64,000 nt of DNA from Roseovarius sp. (GCA_963691795.1 OY829373.1:3216810-3280809), one strand, 5' to 3'; positions 8,960 through 19,067 are shown, counted from the first letter of the stretch. Numbers and translations are program-made. Notes: generated by a model not told the origin, from the sequence alone.

Positions 8960-10011
8960 ATGCTGACCCGCCGCACCTTTCTGGCCCAATCCGCCGCACT
9001 CACAGCCATAGGAGCGCCTGCCATGGCCGCCCTGCCCAGTGACTACTACGTTCCAGCCGAGGAAGAGCGCCACCAGATGACGCTCATGCAATGGCCCGTG
9101 GACCGCTACGCCTATGACAGCAAACGGCACATGGAAGCCGTGCAACAGACCATCGCCAATATCGCAAACTTGATTTCCCGGTTTGAGCCCGTCACCATGA
9201 TGGCCCACCCCGACCACCATTCTGAGGCCCGTAAACGGCTGTCGGGCAATGTCATTCTATGGGACATCCCCACCGATGACCTCTGGTGTCGCGACAGCGG
9301 GCCGCTTTTCGCCGTGAACGGGCGTGGCGGGCTGGCCGTCAGCCATATCCAGTTCAACGGCTGGGGCCGCTACCGCCTGCCTTCCGACAACCGCATCAGT
9401 GCCGCCGTGGCCGACCGGCTGGGCGTGCCGATCTATGACAGCGGGCTGGTGGGGGAACCCGGCGGGGCCGAGGCCAATGGCCACGGGCTGGTGATGGCCC
9501 ATGAAAGCAGCTGGATCAACCGCAACCGCAATCCGGGCATGGGCAAACCCAAATGACAGACCGCCTCGCCGCCGCCTATGGTGCGGACCGGGTGATCTGG
9601 GGGCCGGGCGTGAAAGGGCGCGACGTGACGGACGCCCATATCGACGGGTTTGCGCGCTTCACCGGGCCGGATACTGTGCTGGCCCAACTGGACACGACTG
9701 CGCCGAATGATCCCTATAACAAAACGATGGACATCCTTCTGGCCACGCTCCGCGCCGAGGGCTTGAGGGTCGACACCATTCCCTACGCCTTTGACGGGCG
9801 CATTGATGAGGCGTGCTATTACGTCAATTACTACGTCTGCAACGGCGCAGTGATCATGTCCGAGTTTGGCGACAGCGAGGCCGATGCCACAGCCCATGCC
9901 GCCATTTGCCGCCACTACCCGGGGCGCGAGGTTGTGGCCCTGAACACCGACCTCCTGATCCCACTGGGCGGCGGCATCCACTGCTCAACGCAACAGGTGC
10001 CAGCGGTTTAA
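8960..10011 (+). pseudogene. agmatine deiminase / PAD_porph-family enzyme with Tat signal, split by a frameshift at about 9540-9556
   Basis: ORF 8960-9556 carries the Tat motif TRRTFLAQSAA, DLWCRDSGP and NRNRNPGM. ORF 9553-10011 continues the same family with GADRVIW...DAHIDGF...GGGIHCSTQQ, which holds the catalytic Cys. The frames join at ggcaaacccaaATGAcag. Confidence 0.7.
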
Positions 10012-10029
10012 GGACGTCTCAATTACGGT

Positions 10030-10201
10030 ACAACAGAGCACGTTCGACAGGCAATGGCATGGCGATCTAACGGCTGAACAGCAGCACTTTATAGTGCAGA
10101 ATCCGAACGAACTCTGAGCGCAGCGCTGACGTCACCGCTTCGCCAGGCCAGGGGGCGGCCTGGCGAACGCGCGGCAGGCTTCGCCCTTGTTCCGCGCGGG
10201 G
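10030..10201. repeat. MITE-like intergenic repeat family A, copy 2
   Basis: Collinear with 3878-4094. Inverted repeats are GCACGTTCGACAGGC (10038-10052) and GCCTGGCGAACGCGC (10158-10172). It shares the terminal GAACGCGCGGC...CTTGTTCCGCGCGGGG. Confidence 0.7.
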
Positions 10202-10321
10202 TCACCGTGATCGGTGTTTCGCGACGATCCCCGCACTAACCTAACCCCCAAACCGGCAACCGCCCGCACAGAAACCACATTCCGCTTGACCAGCGCCACC
10301 AGCCTGTCAAAACCCATCGCT

Positions 10322-11359
10322 ATGGGAAGTGCAATGCTGACAATTGACCTCAACGCGCTGGTGGCCAACTGGCAGGCGTTGGATGCAATGACCAATTGCG
10401 AAACCGCCGCCGTGGTGAAAGCCGATGCCTACGGGCTGGGTGCCGATCGCGTGGGGCGCGCATTGGCCCGGGCCGGTGCGCGCACCTTCTTTGTGGCTAT
10501 TGCCGAAGAAGGCGCGGCGCTGCGCCAAGCGCTCGGTCCCGGGCCTGTGATCAACGTCTTCTCCGGTCACATGCCGGGGGATGCTGACATGATATCGGAC
10601 ATGACCCTGACGCCGATGGTCAATTCCATCGACCAGCTCATCCGCCATGTGGAATCCCTGCCCGGCGCGCCCTTTGGTGTCCAGCTTGACAGCGGCATGA
10701 ACCGTCTTGGGATGGAGCCTGCCGAATGGGCCGCCGTGCGCGATGTGGCGTTGGAACAAAAGCCGGTTCTGATCATGTCGCACCTGGCCTGCGCAGATGA
10801 ACCCGATCATGACATGAATCCGCGGCAGCTGGACGCCTTCCGGGACATGACGACGGGCCTTGACGTGCCTCTGTCACTGGCAAATACCGGTGGTATCCTG
10901 CTGGGGTCGGAGTATCATTTTGACCTCACCCGCCCCGGTATCGGTACCTATGGTGGTTTGCCATTTGTCGAAGCGCACCCCGTTGCAACACTGTCTGTCC
11001 CCGTCATCCAGTGCCGCAGTATCGCGACTGGCGAATCAGTCGGTTACGGCAACAGCTTTATCGCCACCCGTGACACCCGCATTGCCACGATTTCAGCCGG
11101 CTACGCAGATGGGATCATCCGCGCCATGGGGCCTAAAACCTCTGTTTTCTTCGAAGACACTCCCTGCCCGCTTGCAGGCCGTATCTCGATGGATCTCATC
11201 GGCGTCGACGTCACCGATCTTGGACATGATCCCAAGCAGCTGGACCTGCTTTGCGCACATCAGGAAATTGACGATCTTGGCGCAAATGCAGGCACCATTG
11301 GCTACGAAATCCTGACCTCCTTGGGTGCCCGCTACGCACGGCGCTACCTCGGCGCATGA
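10322..11359 (+). CDS. alr: alanine racemase
   Basis: PLP-lysine motif [12 protein letters not shown] near the N-terminus; length and C-terminal YEILTSLG...R are typical. An alternative start is ATG 10334. Confidence 0.9.
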   Translation: MGSAMLTIDLNALVANWQALDAMTNCETAAVVKADAYGLGADRVGRALARAGARTFFVAIAEEGAALRQALGPGPVINVFSGHMPGDADMISDMTLTPMVNSIDQLIRHVESLPGAPFGVQLDSGMNRLGMEPAEWAAVRDVALEQKPVLIMSHLACADEPDHDMNPRQLDAFRDMTTGLDVPLSLANTGGILLGSEYHFDLTRPGIGTYGGLPFVEAHPVATLSVPVIQCRSIATGESVGYGNSFIATRDTRIATISAGYADGIIRAMGPKTSVFFEDTPCPLAGRISMDLIGVDVTDLGHDPKQLDLLCAHQEIDDLGANAGTIGYEILTSLGARYARRYLGA

Positions 11360-12141
11360 ACTGGGTGATCCGCTTCCTCGCCTCTATCGGGGCGGCGGTG
11401 CTGGGCGCACTTGGCTTTGTCGGACGAATCGCAATCTTTGCAGGCCAGACCCTCAGCCACGTGATCCGCCCGCCGTTTTACCCGAAGGAAATCGCACAGG
11501 CGCTTGTAAATGTTGGCTATTTCAGCCTTCCGGTGGTGGGACTCACGGCTGTCTTCACCGGCGGCGCACTGGCCCTGCAGATCTATTCCGGCGGCGCGCG
11601 GTTTAATGCCGAGGCCGTGGTCCCCCAGATCGTCGCCATCGGCATGGTCCGCGAACTGGGGCCAGTGCTTGTCGGCCTCATGGTCGCCGCCCGCGTGACC
11701 TCCTCGATCGCCGCCGAGATTGCCACCATGAAAGTGACCGAGCAGATCGACGCGCTTGTCACCCTCTCCACCCATCCGATGAAATACCTCACCGTGCCGC
11801 GCGTGCTGGCGGGGCTGATCATGGTACCTGTGCTGGTGGGCGTGGGCGATATCATCGGGATCATGGGCGGCTACATCGTCTCCACCGGCTCGCTCGGGTT
11901 TAATGAGGCCGCCTACCTCAAAAACACCGTCGATTTCATCGAGGCCCGTGATGTGATTTCGTCGCTGGTCAAAGGCGCGGCCTTCGGCTTCATCGCCACG
12001 CTTCTGGGCTGCTACTACGGCATGAACACCGGCCGCGGCGCGCAAGGCGTGGGCCGGGCGACCAAATCGGCGGTGGAGGCGGCAGCGGTGCTGATCCTCG
12101 CCGCGAACTTCATCCTTACCAGCGTTTTCTTCACGATATGA
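11356..12141 (+). CDS. mlaE: MlaE-family ABC transporter permease
   Basis: Typical MlaE/Ttg2B sequence ([31 protein letters not shown]...). ATGA overlap with alr. Confidence 0.9.
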   Translation: MNWVIRFLASIGAAVLGALGFVGRIAIFAGQTLSHVIRPPFYPKEIAQALVNVGYFSLPVVGLTAVFTGGALALQIYSGGARFNAEAVVPQIVAIGMVRELGPVLVGLMVAARVTSSIAAEIATMKVTEQIDALVTLSTHPMKYLTVPRVLAGLIMVPVLVGVGDIIGIMGGYIVSTGSLGFNEAAYLKNTVDFIEARDVISSLVKGAAFGFIATLLGCYYGMNTGRGAQGVGRATKSAVEAAAVLILAANFILTSVFFTI

Positions 12142-12884
12142 TAGAGTTACAGGGCGTTCATAAAGCATTCGGTTCCAACCGCGTCCTGCGCGGGGTGGAC
12201 CTGACGATCCCGAAATCCACCTCCATGGTGATCATCGGCGGGTCGGGCACGGGCAAATCCGTGGCTCTGAAATGCGTCCTCGGCCTGATCCACCCCGATA
12301 GCGGGCTGATCACGCTCGACGCCCAAGACGTGACCAAGGGCGATCGCGACGCCTTCCTGGCGCGCTTCGGCATGCTCTTCCAGGGTGGTGCTCTGTTTGA
12401 CTCCCTGCCCGTCTGGCAGAACGTGGCCTTCCGCCTGATGCGCGGCTCTCTCAAGCGGCCCAACGAGGAAGCCCGCGAAATCGCCATCGAGAAACTCCGC
12501 CGCGTCGGGCTGACCCCGGAACAGGCTGACAAGTTCCCAGCCGAGCTTTCGGGCGGCATGCAAAAGCGCGTTGGCCTCGCTCGCGCCATTGCGGCGGAGC
12601 CGGAGATCATCTTCTTCGATGAGCCGACCACGGGCCTTGACCCGATCATGTCCGGCGTCATCAACGACCTGATCCGCGAGATCGTGACCGAGATGGGCGC
12701 GACGGCCATGACCATCACCCATGACATGACGTCTGTGAGGGCGATTGCCGACAACGTGGCGATGCTCCATGACGGCGTGATCCAGTGGACGGGGCCAGTG
12801 GCCGACATGGACCACTCGGGCGATCCCTATCTCGACCAGTTCATCGCCGGCCGCGCCGAGGGGCCGATTGAAGCAGTGCGCTGA
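12138..12884 (+). CDS. mlaF: MlaF-family ABC transporter ATP-binding protein
   Basis: Walker A GGSGTGKS, signature LSGGMQKR, Walker B IIFFDEP. ATGA overlap with mlaE. Confidence 0.9.
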   Translation: MIELQGVHKAFGSNRVLRGVDLTIPKSTSMVIIGGSGTGKSVALKCVLGLIHPDSGLITLDAQDVTKGDRDAFLARFGMLFQGGALFDSLPVWQNVAFRLMRGSLKRPNEEAREIAIEKLRRVGLTPEQADKFPAELSGGMQKRVGLARAIAAEPEIIFFDEPTTGLDPIMSGVINDLIREIVTEMGATAMTITHDMTSVRAIADNVAMLHDGVIQWTGPVADMDHSGDPYLDQFIAGRAEGPIEAVR

Positions 12885-12990
12885 CGCCATTTCTCACCGA
12901 CGCCATACCGACGTGATACCGACGCCATACCGATGTGCCAATACGTCCCCACGGCTTGCACCCCGCGTTGCTCGTGTTTACCTGCCTGAG

Positions 12991-13470
12991 ATGCTCAAAT
13001 ATGCTAACCTCGCCCTGCTGATCCTCTTCCCCATCTCGTGGTTCGCCCCCCTGATGCGGGCGGGGCTTTTGCCGCTCTTTGGTCTGTCCGAGATCAGCGT
13101 CATAACCGGCCTGCAAAGCCTTTGGCAAAGCGACGTGATCCTGGCCCTCGTCGTCACCATATTTGCGCTCTTCGCTCCCTATCTGAAGACCATTGGGCTG
13201 GCGCTCATCCACTTTAACCTGCTTGACACCCGCGCCCTGCCCGGGCTGACCATCATGGGCAAACTGGCGATGGCCGATATCTTCCTGATCGCGCTTTACA
13301 TCACCCTCGCCAAGGGCATCGGCGTGGGTAGGATTGAGACCGCCTGGGGCCTCTACCTCTTCTCGGCCTGCATCCTCGCCTCGCTCGCTATCTCCATCGC
13401 CACCACGCGCGAGGCGCGCTCGAAAGGAAGTGACGAGCGGCTGGACAGCGACGCCAACACCGGGCACTAA
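12991..13470 (+). CDS. PqiA-like (paraquat-inducible protein A family) membrane protein
   Basis: Four hydrophobic segments and GKLAMADIFLIALYITLAK, which resembles the PqiA WSMxDVF region. Start is set at ATG 12991 (MLKYANL). Confidence 0.6.
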   Translation: MLKYANLALLILFPISWFAPLMRAGLLPLFGLSEISVITGLQSLWQSDVILALVVTIFALFAPYLKTIGLALIHFNLLDTRALPGLTIMGKLAMADIFLIALYITLAKGIGVGRIETAWGLYLFSACILASLAISIATTREARSKGSDERLDSDANTGH

Positions 13471-13475
13471 GACCC

Positions 13476-14840
13476 ATGGCCAAACTCACCCGCTTTCACT
13501 GTACCGCTTGCTCCGCCACCCATGCCAAATGGGCGGGCCAATGTGATGCCTGCGGCGCATGGAATACCATCGTGGAGGAAGCCCCCCTTTCCACTGGCCC
13601 CGGCAAGGCCGCGCTGGGTGCCAAACGCGGCACCGCGCTCAATCTCAGCGACCTCTCCACACAAGAGGCCCCACCACCCCGCACCGCCTCTGGCCTGACC
13701 GAGTTCAATCGCGTCCTGGGCGGCGGGCTGGTCCCCGCCTCGGCCACGCTGGTAGGTGGTGATCCGGGCATCGGCAAGTCCACGCTGCTCTTGCAAGCCG
13801 CTGCAAGTTTCGCCTCCAAAGGAATGAAAACGCTGTATATTTCTGGAGAGGAAGCCAGCGCCCAGATCCGTATGCGCGCCGCCCGGCTGGGTCTCTCGAA
13901 TGCGCCCGTCAAGCTCGCCACCGCCACCGCCATGCGCGACATTCTCACGACGTTGGAGGCCGAAGCCCCCGGCCTCGTTATCATCGATTCGATCCAGACC
14001 ATGTGGGCCGACACCGTCGACAGTGCGCCCGGTTCCGTCTCGCAAGTCCGCGCCGCCTGTCACGAATTGACCACCTTCGCCAAGCGCAAGGGAACGGCGG
14101 TGATCCTCGTGGGTCACGTCACCAAGGAAGGCCAGATCGCCGGCCCCCGCGTGGTCGAACACATGGTCGATACCGTACTCTATTTCGAAGGAGAGCGCGG
14201 CCACCAGTTCCGCATCCTGCGCTCCGTCAAGAACCGCTTCGGCCCTGCCGATGAAATCGGTGTGTTCGAGATGACGGGCCAGGGCCTTTCGGAAGTTTCC
14301 AACCCCTCCGAGCTGTTCTTAGCAGGCCGCGGCACGCCCTCACCCGGCTCCGTGGTTTTTGCAGGCATCGAAGGCACGCGGCCCTTACTGGTTGAATTAC
14401 AGGCCCTCGTCGCCCCCACGCCCCATTCCCAACCCCGCCGCGCCGTAGTGGGCTGGGACGGGGCGCGACTGGCTATGGTGCTAGCCGTGCTTGAAGCCCG
14501 CTGCGGTATTCCCTTCGCGGGGCTTGACGTTTATCTCAACGTCGCTGGCGGCATCAAAATCAGTGAACCTGCGGCCGATTTGGCCGTTGCCGCCGCTCTT
14601 TTAAGCGCGCGCGAGGATGTCAGTTTGCCCAAGGATACGGCGGTTTTTGGCGAAATCGGGCTTTCAGGTGCGCTCAGACCCGTCTCCCAGACCGAAAACA
14701 GGTTGAAAGAGGCGCAGAAACTTGGTTTTACATCCGCGATCGTGCCAAAGGGCGGCAAGCCCGGCGGTGCCACCGGCATAGGGCAACAAGTGTTCAGCGA
14801 TCTCAGCCAATGCGTGGGCGAGTTGTTCGGCGCGGGCTAG
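13476..14840 (+). CDS. radA: DNA repair protein RadA
   Basis: N-terminal zinc finger CTACSATHAKWAGQCDACGAWN, Walker A GDPGIGKST, the KNRFG motif and a Lon-like C-terminal domain. Confidence 0.95.
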   Translation: MAKLTRFHCTACSATHAKWAGQCDACGAWNTIVEEAPLSTGPGKAALGAKRGTALNLSDLSTQEAPPPRTASGLTEFNRVLGGGLVPASATLVGGDPGIGKSTLLLQAAASFASKGMKTLYISGEEASAQIRMRAARLGLSNAPVKLATATAMRDILTTLEAEAPGLVIIDSIQTMWADTVDSAPGSVSQVRAACHELTTFAKRKGTAVILVGHVTKEGQIAGPRVVEHMVDTVLYFEGERGHQFRILRSVKNRFGPADEIGVFEMTGQGLSEVSNPSELFLAGRGTPSPGSVVFAGIEGTRPLLVELQALVAPTPHSQPRRAVVGWDGARLAMVLAVLEARCGIPFAGLDVYLNVAGGIKISEPAADLAVAAALLSAREDVSLPKDTAVFGEIGLSGALRPVSQTENRLKEAQKLGFTSAIVPKGGKPGGATGIGQQVFSDLSQCVGELFGAG

Positions 14841-14864
14841 GGACGAAAGGGAGCAGACAGCGAA

Positions 14865-15422
14865 ATGGAAGGCTTCACCATCATCGACGGCGTGGTTGCG
14901 CTAGTCATCGTGCTGTCAGGGCTTCTGGCCTATTCGCGTGGTTTTGTTCGCGAAGCACTAGCGATTGCCGGCTGGGTTGTGTCTGCCATCGTTGCATTCA
15001 TTTTCGCACCGCAGGTTGCGCCGCTGATCAAGGAAATCCCGGTGGTGGGCGGTTTTGTGGCCGAAAGCTGCGAGCTGGGAATGATCGGCGCTTTCTTCGT
15101 GGTTCTGGCCGTCGCGCTGATCGTGGCCTCGCTGATCACGCCGCTCTTTTCTTCGCTAGTGCAGCGCTCAGTTCTGGGGGGGCTGGATCAGGGGTTGGGT
15201 TTTCTCTTTGGGATTGCACGCGGCATTCTACTGGTAGCAATTGCTTATTTCGTCTACGAAACCGTCGTGACCGCACAAGAGATCGAGATGATTGACGACA
15301 GCCGTTCGGCGCGCATCTTTGCCTCCATGACCGGCAGTGTCGAGGATCAAGACCCGGAAGCTGCCCTTGGCTGGCTGACACGACAGTACGACGAACTGGT
15401 CGGTAACTGCGACGCCCCCTAG
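14865..15422 (+). CDS. cvpA: CvpA-family membrane protein
   Basis: Four TM segments; conserved position immediately upstream of purF. Confidence 0.8.
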   Translation: MEGFTIIDGVVALVIVLSGLLAYSRGFVREALAIAGWVVSAIVAFIFAPQVAPLIKEIPVVGGFVAESCELGMIGAFFVVLAVALIVASLITPLFSSLVQRSVLGGLDQGLGFLFGIARGILLVAIAYFVYETVVTAQEIEMIDDSRSARIFASMTGSVEDQDPEAALGWLTRQYDELVGNCDAP

Positions 15423-15505
15423 CGGGATACATGAGACACAACCGAACGGTAACGTAAGGTTTGTTTGTCATCAAACCGTGACATATTGGCTTTCACACAC
15501 TATGT

Positions 15506-17014
15506 GTGAGGCCCATCAGCTATCCTGGGATTCGGAGCTGCACCTTGTCCAGTGAAACGCCATGCCAAATATCTTCCGACGATGACAAGTTGCGGGAGGA
15601 ATGTGGTCTGTTCGGTGTCATCGGCTTAGCCGATGCCGCTAACTTCATCGCCCTTGGGCTCCACGCCCTTCAACATCGCGGTCAGGAAGCCGGGGGGATA
15701 GTAACACATGACCCCAAGAATGGCTTTAACTCGGTACGACGATTTGGGTATGTGCGCGACAACTTCACCACGTCCGAGGCGATATCAATGTTGCCGGGCG
15801 CGATCGGTGTGGGTCACGTGCGCTACTCGACCGCGGGCTCCAAGGGGAACACGGCGATCCGTGACGTGCAACCCTTCTTTGGTGAATTCTCCATGGGGGG
15901 CGCAGCGATTGCCCATAATGGCAATCTGACCAATGCCAATCACTTGCGCCGTGACCTGATCCAGCGTGGTTCCATCTTCCAGAGTTCCTCGGACAGCGAG
16001 TGCATCATTCACCTCATGGCGCGTTCCATGGGCCAAACGATCCCCGACCGCATGAAAGAGGCGCTGCGCCAGGTCGAGGGCGCATTTTCTGTTGTCGCCA
16101 TGACCCGGCATAAATTGATCGGCGTGCGCGACCCGCTGGGCATCCGTCCGCTGGTTCTGGGCAAGTTGGGTGAGGCTTCAGTTCTGGCGTCGGAGACCTG
16201 CGCCTTGGATATTATCGGGGCTGAGTTCATCCGCGAGATCGAACCAGGTGAGATGATCGTGATCAACGAACACCAGACGGTCGAAAGCTATCGCCCGTTC
16301 GAGCCGGTGCGCCCACAGCCGTGCATATTCGAATACGTGTATTTCAGCCGACCCGACTCCGTTCTGGGAGGTAAATCCGTCTACGAGGTGCGTCGCAACA
16401 TCGGCAAGGAACTGGCCCGTGAAGCGCCGGTCGAAGCCGATATGGTCTGCCCCGTTCCAGACAGCGGTACGCCAGCAGCCATAGGTTACAGCCAGGAAAG
16501 CGGCATTCCCTTCGAGATGGGCATCATCCGCAATTCCTATGTGGGCCGGACCTTCATCGAACCGACCGAACAGATTCGCAACATCGGCGTAAAACTGAAG
16601 CTCAACGTTAACCGCGCCCTTATGAAGGGTAAGAGGGTGATCTTGGTGGATGACAGCGTTGTGCGCGGCACCACCTCGCGCAAGATCAAGGACATGATCC
16701 TTGAGGCCGGCGCAGCCGAGGTACATTTCCGCATTGCCAGCCCACCCACGACATGGCCTTGTTTCTTCGGGGTAGATATGCCCACGCGCGAGGAATTGCT
16801 GGCGGCCAACATGACCGAGGACGAAATGCGCGCCTATATCGGCGTGGATTCGCTGCGGTTCGTCTCAATCGACGGCCTCTACCGGGCGGTCGGTGTCCCT
16901 GAAGGCCGTGATCCCAAGGCCCCGGCCTATTACGATGCGGTTTTTACCGGTGACTATCCGATTGAACCCAAAGACATGCTCGAAAAAGGGTTCGAACTTA
17001 AAGCCGCCGAGTAG
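15506..17014 (+). CDS. purF: amidophosphoribosyltransferase
   Basis: N-terminal nucleophile CGLFGVIG, PRPP motif VILVDDSVVRGTT. The exact start is uncertain because the ORF has no in-frame ATG before the catalytic Cys. Confidence 0.93.
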   Translation: MRPISYPGIRSCTLSSETPCQISSDDDKLREECGLFGVIGLADAANFIALGLHALQHRGQEAGGIVTHDPKNGFNSVRRFGYVRDNFTTSEAISMLPGAIGVGHVRYSTAGSKGNTAIRDVQPFFGEFSMGGAAIAHNGNLTNANHLRRDLIQRGSIFQSSSDSECIIHLMARSMGQTIPDRMKEALRQVEGAFSVVAMTRHKLIGVRDPLGIRPLVLGKLGEASVLASETCALDIIGAEFIREIEPGEMIVINEHQTVESYRPFEPVRPQPCIFEYVYFSRPDSVLGGKSVYEVRRNIGKELAREAPVEADMVCPVPDSGTPAAIGYSQESGIPFEMGIIRNSYVGRTFIEPTEQIRNIGVKLKLNVNRALMKGKRVILVDDSVVRGTTSRKIKDMILEAGAAEVHFRIASPPTTWPCFFGVDMPTREELLAANMTEDEMRAYIGVDSLRFVSIDGLYRAVGVPEGRDPKAPAYYDAVFTGDYPIEPKDMLEKGFELKAAE

Positions 17015-17265
17015 AGCGCGCCGCAACGGTACACACATTCTTCAAAAGGTTGCATCTGAAACCTTCTCAGGGTTTTGACCCTGGACCACGCATGTTGCAT
17101 GGCGCACCCTTTTTGGTCGAAGAAAGTGAAAAATCCAAATTTCCTCACCCAGAATCTTTAAAAATTCTGCGGCGCAGCAATCTTTCGCTCATGACGGGAC
17201 GGCACCCTTTTCTCCCAGCTCGACCGGGATTATGTCAGCGCCTTCCGAGAACAAGACGCCATCAC

Positions 17266-17541
17266 ATGAGCAAACAAGACGACACAACTCCGCTTTCCTT
17301 CGTGACCTACCTGTCAGCCACGCAGCGCGACGTCCTGCCGATGGAACGCCCAGTTCTTCTGGGCACCTTCTCGGGTCCCAAAGGCGTCCGCGCCCTTGTC
17401 AGACTTCCCGATGGAGCGATCCGTCATATGGAGCGAAACGACCGCATCGGACAGGCGCTGATCCTAAAGGTTGGTGAAGGCTATCTCGACCTGGGGCTGC
17501 TGGGCGAGGTGCATCGCCTGCACATCCCCGGACAGGCCTGA
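17266..17541 (+). CDS. small hypothetical protein
   Basis: ATG 17266 (MSKQDD...). The C-terminal half looks like a compact beta domain. No family is recognised. Confidence 0.4.
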   Translation: MSKQDDTTPLSFVTYLSATQRDVLPMERPVLLGTFSGPKGVRALVRLPDGAIRHMERNDRIGQALILKVGEGYLDLGLLGEVHRLHIPGQA

Positions 17542-17550
17542 CACCGCCCA

Positions 17551-17583
17551 AAGAAAAACGCCGCCCCGAACCCGGAGCGGCGT
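17551..17583 (-). terminator. Rho-independent terminator downstream of bioY
   Basis: Stem ACGCCGC/GCGGCGT (17558-17564 and 17577-17583). On the minus strand it is followed by TTTTTCTTT. Confidence 0.65.
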
Positions 17584-17608
17584 CTCGCAAACTCGATGTT
17601 CGCGAAGA

Positions 17609-18175
17609 TTAGCCCTTGCGCGCTTTAACGATCTGCCAGCCTCCGGCTACGACCATGGCTGCGATCACGGCCTTGATGGCGTCGCCAACTAGGAAGGGCG
17701 ACATCCAGCCTGCCCAAAGTTCTGGCAGCGTCTTGCCCATAGCAGCGGCGGGCCATGCAAGACCCGGCACGTAGATGAGCAGCGACGCGGCAAAACCTAC
17801 TATGATCATGCCTAGCACGCTGCGCGACACACCCTTGTCCGCTGCCAGTCCGGCCAGCCATGCCATAGCAACAAAGCCATAGAGGAAACCCGCTGTCGGA
17901 CCATAAAGCGACGGCAGCGAGCCACCGTTGGAAAAAACCGGCAGCCCCATGGCGCCGTAAGCCAAGTAAGTCACCAACGTGGCTACGGCCAGGCGCGATC
18001 CATAGGTGAAGCCGATCACCAGAATAGCAAGCCCCTGCAGCGACATCGGAACCGGCCAGCCAACGCTCAGCTGCGCCACGATGGACAACAGGATAGAGCC
18101 CGCCAGAACCAGGCCAACTTTCTTTACAATACCGTCATGTCCAACAACGGCCTTGCTCAAAACTGCATCACTCAT
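17609..18175 (-). CDS. bioY: biotin transporter BioY
   Basis: BioY-like multi-TM sequence (PVPMSLQGLAILVIGFTYG...GPTAGFLYGF). Confidence 0.85.
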   Translation of the reverse strand: MSDAVLSKAVVGHDGIVKKVGLVLAGSILLSIVAQLSVGWPVPMSLQGLAILVIGFTYGSRLAVATLVTYLAYGAMGLPVFSNGGSLPSLYGPTAGFLYGFVAMAWLAGLAADKGVSRSVLGMIIVGFAASLLIYVPGLAWPAAAMGKTLPELWAGWMSPFLVGDAIKAVIAAMVVAGGWQIVKARKG

Positions 18176-18283
18176 GGTGATCCCCTCGTTTGTTTAACGT
18201 TCCAGCGCTTTTTCGCTGCAATTACATCAAAGTCAAGCAAATACCCTTGATTTCCGGCCTTCCCAGTGGGAAGGCATCGCGCC

Positions 18284-18937
18284 ATGACAGACAAACGCAA
18301 TGAAAAACTGGCGCTCGTGACCGGCGCATCGCGCGGCCTCGGTGCCGCGATGGCTGAAGCCCTGTCGCCAGATCATCACGTGGTCGCCGTGGCTCGTACA
18401 ACCGGCGCGTTGGAAGAGCTGGACGACCGCATCCAGGCCAAGGGCGGCAAAGCCACTCTGGCACCAATGGACATCACCAACATGGATGCCATGGCACAGC
18501 TTTGCCGGTCGATCTTTGATCGGTGGGGTAAGGTGGACCTTTGGGTGCATGCCGCCATTCACGCAGCCCCCCTCGCTCCAGCAGATCACATCGACGCTAA
18601 GGATTGGGATCGTTCCGTTGCGATCAACGTAACCGCCACCGCGCGCCTTATCCCATTCGTTACGCCCCTGCTTGGCACCGAGGGACAGGCCATGTTCTTT
18701 GAGGATCAGGCCGGCACGGGCAAGTTCTTTGGCGCCTATGGCGCCACAAAGGCCGCACAAATCACACTTGCTCGCAGCTGGCAGGCGGAAACGATCAAGA
18801 CCGGTCCCAAGGTCAGCATCCTTAGGCCAGAGCCCATGCCCACCGCCACCCGCGCCCGATTCTTCCCCGGTGAGGATCGGGATGCGCTAACCCATCCCTC
18901 CGTTGAGGCTGCTCGGCTTGTTGCAGATCTGACGTAG
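18284..18937 (+). CDS. SDR-family oxidoreductase
   Basis: Cofactor motif LVTGASRGLG at the N-terminus, with YGATKAA as a YxxxK-like motif. Confidence 0.85.
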   Translation: MTDKRNEKLALVTGASRGLGAAMAEALSPDHHVVAVARTTGALEELDDRIQAKGGKATLAPMDITNMDAMAQLCRSIFDRWGKVDLWVHAAIHAAPLAPADHIDAKDWDRSVAINVTATARLIPFVTPLLGTEGQAMFFEDQAGTGKFFGAYGATKAAQITLARSWQAETIKTGPKVSILRPEPMPTATRARFFPGEDRDALTHPSVEAARLVADLT

Positions 18938-19037
18938 GGTGGGGTTTTGCCCCGCTACACCTCGCGCGACGTAGGGTGAACGCCCATCCTACATCCTGCG
19001 TACGCACCCGCATTCCTATTAAGAATGCACCCGCTCC

Positions 19038-19067
19038 CAAAGAAAAACGGGGGGCCTAAGCCCCCCG
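19038..19067 (-). terminator. Rho-independent terminator downstream of nrdJ
   Basis: Stem CGGGGGGC/GCCCCCCG (19048-19055 and 19060-19067) with loop CTAA. The minus-strand RNA continues with TTTTTCTTT. Confidence 0.7.
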
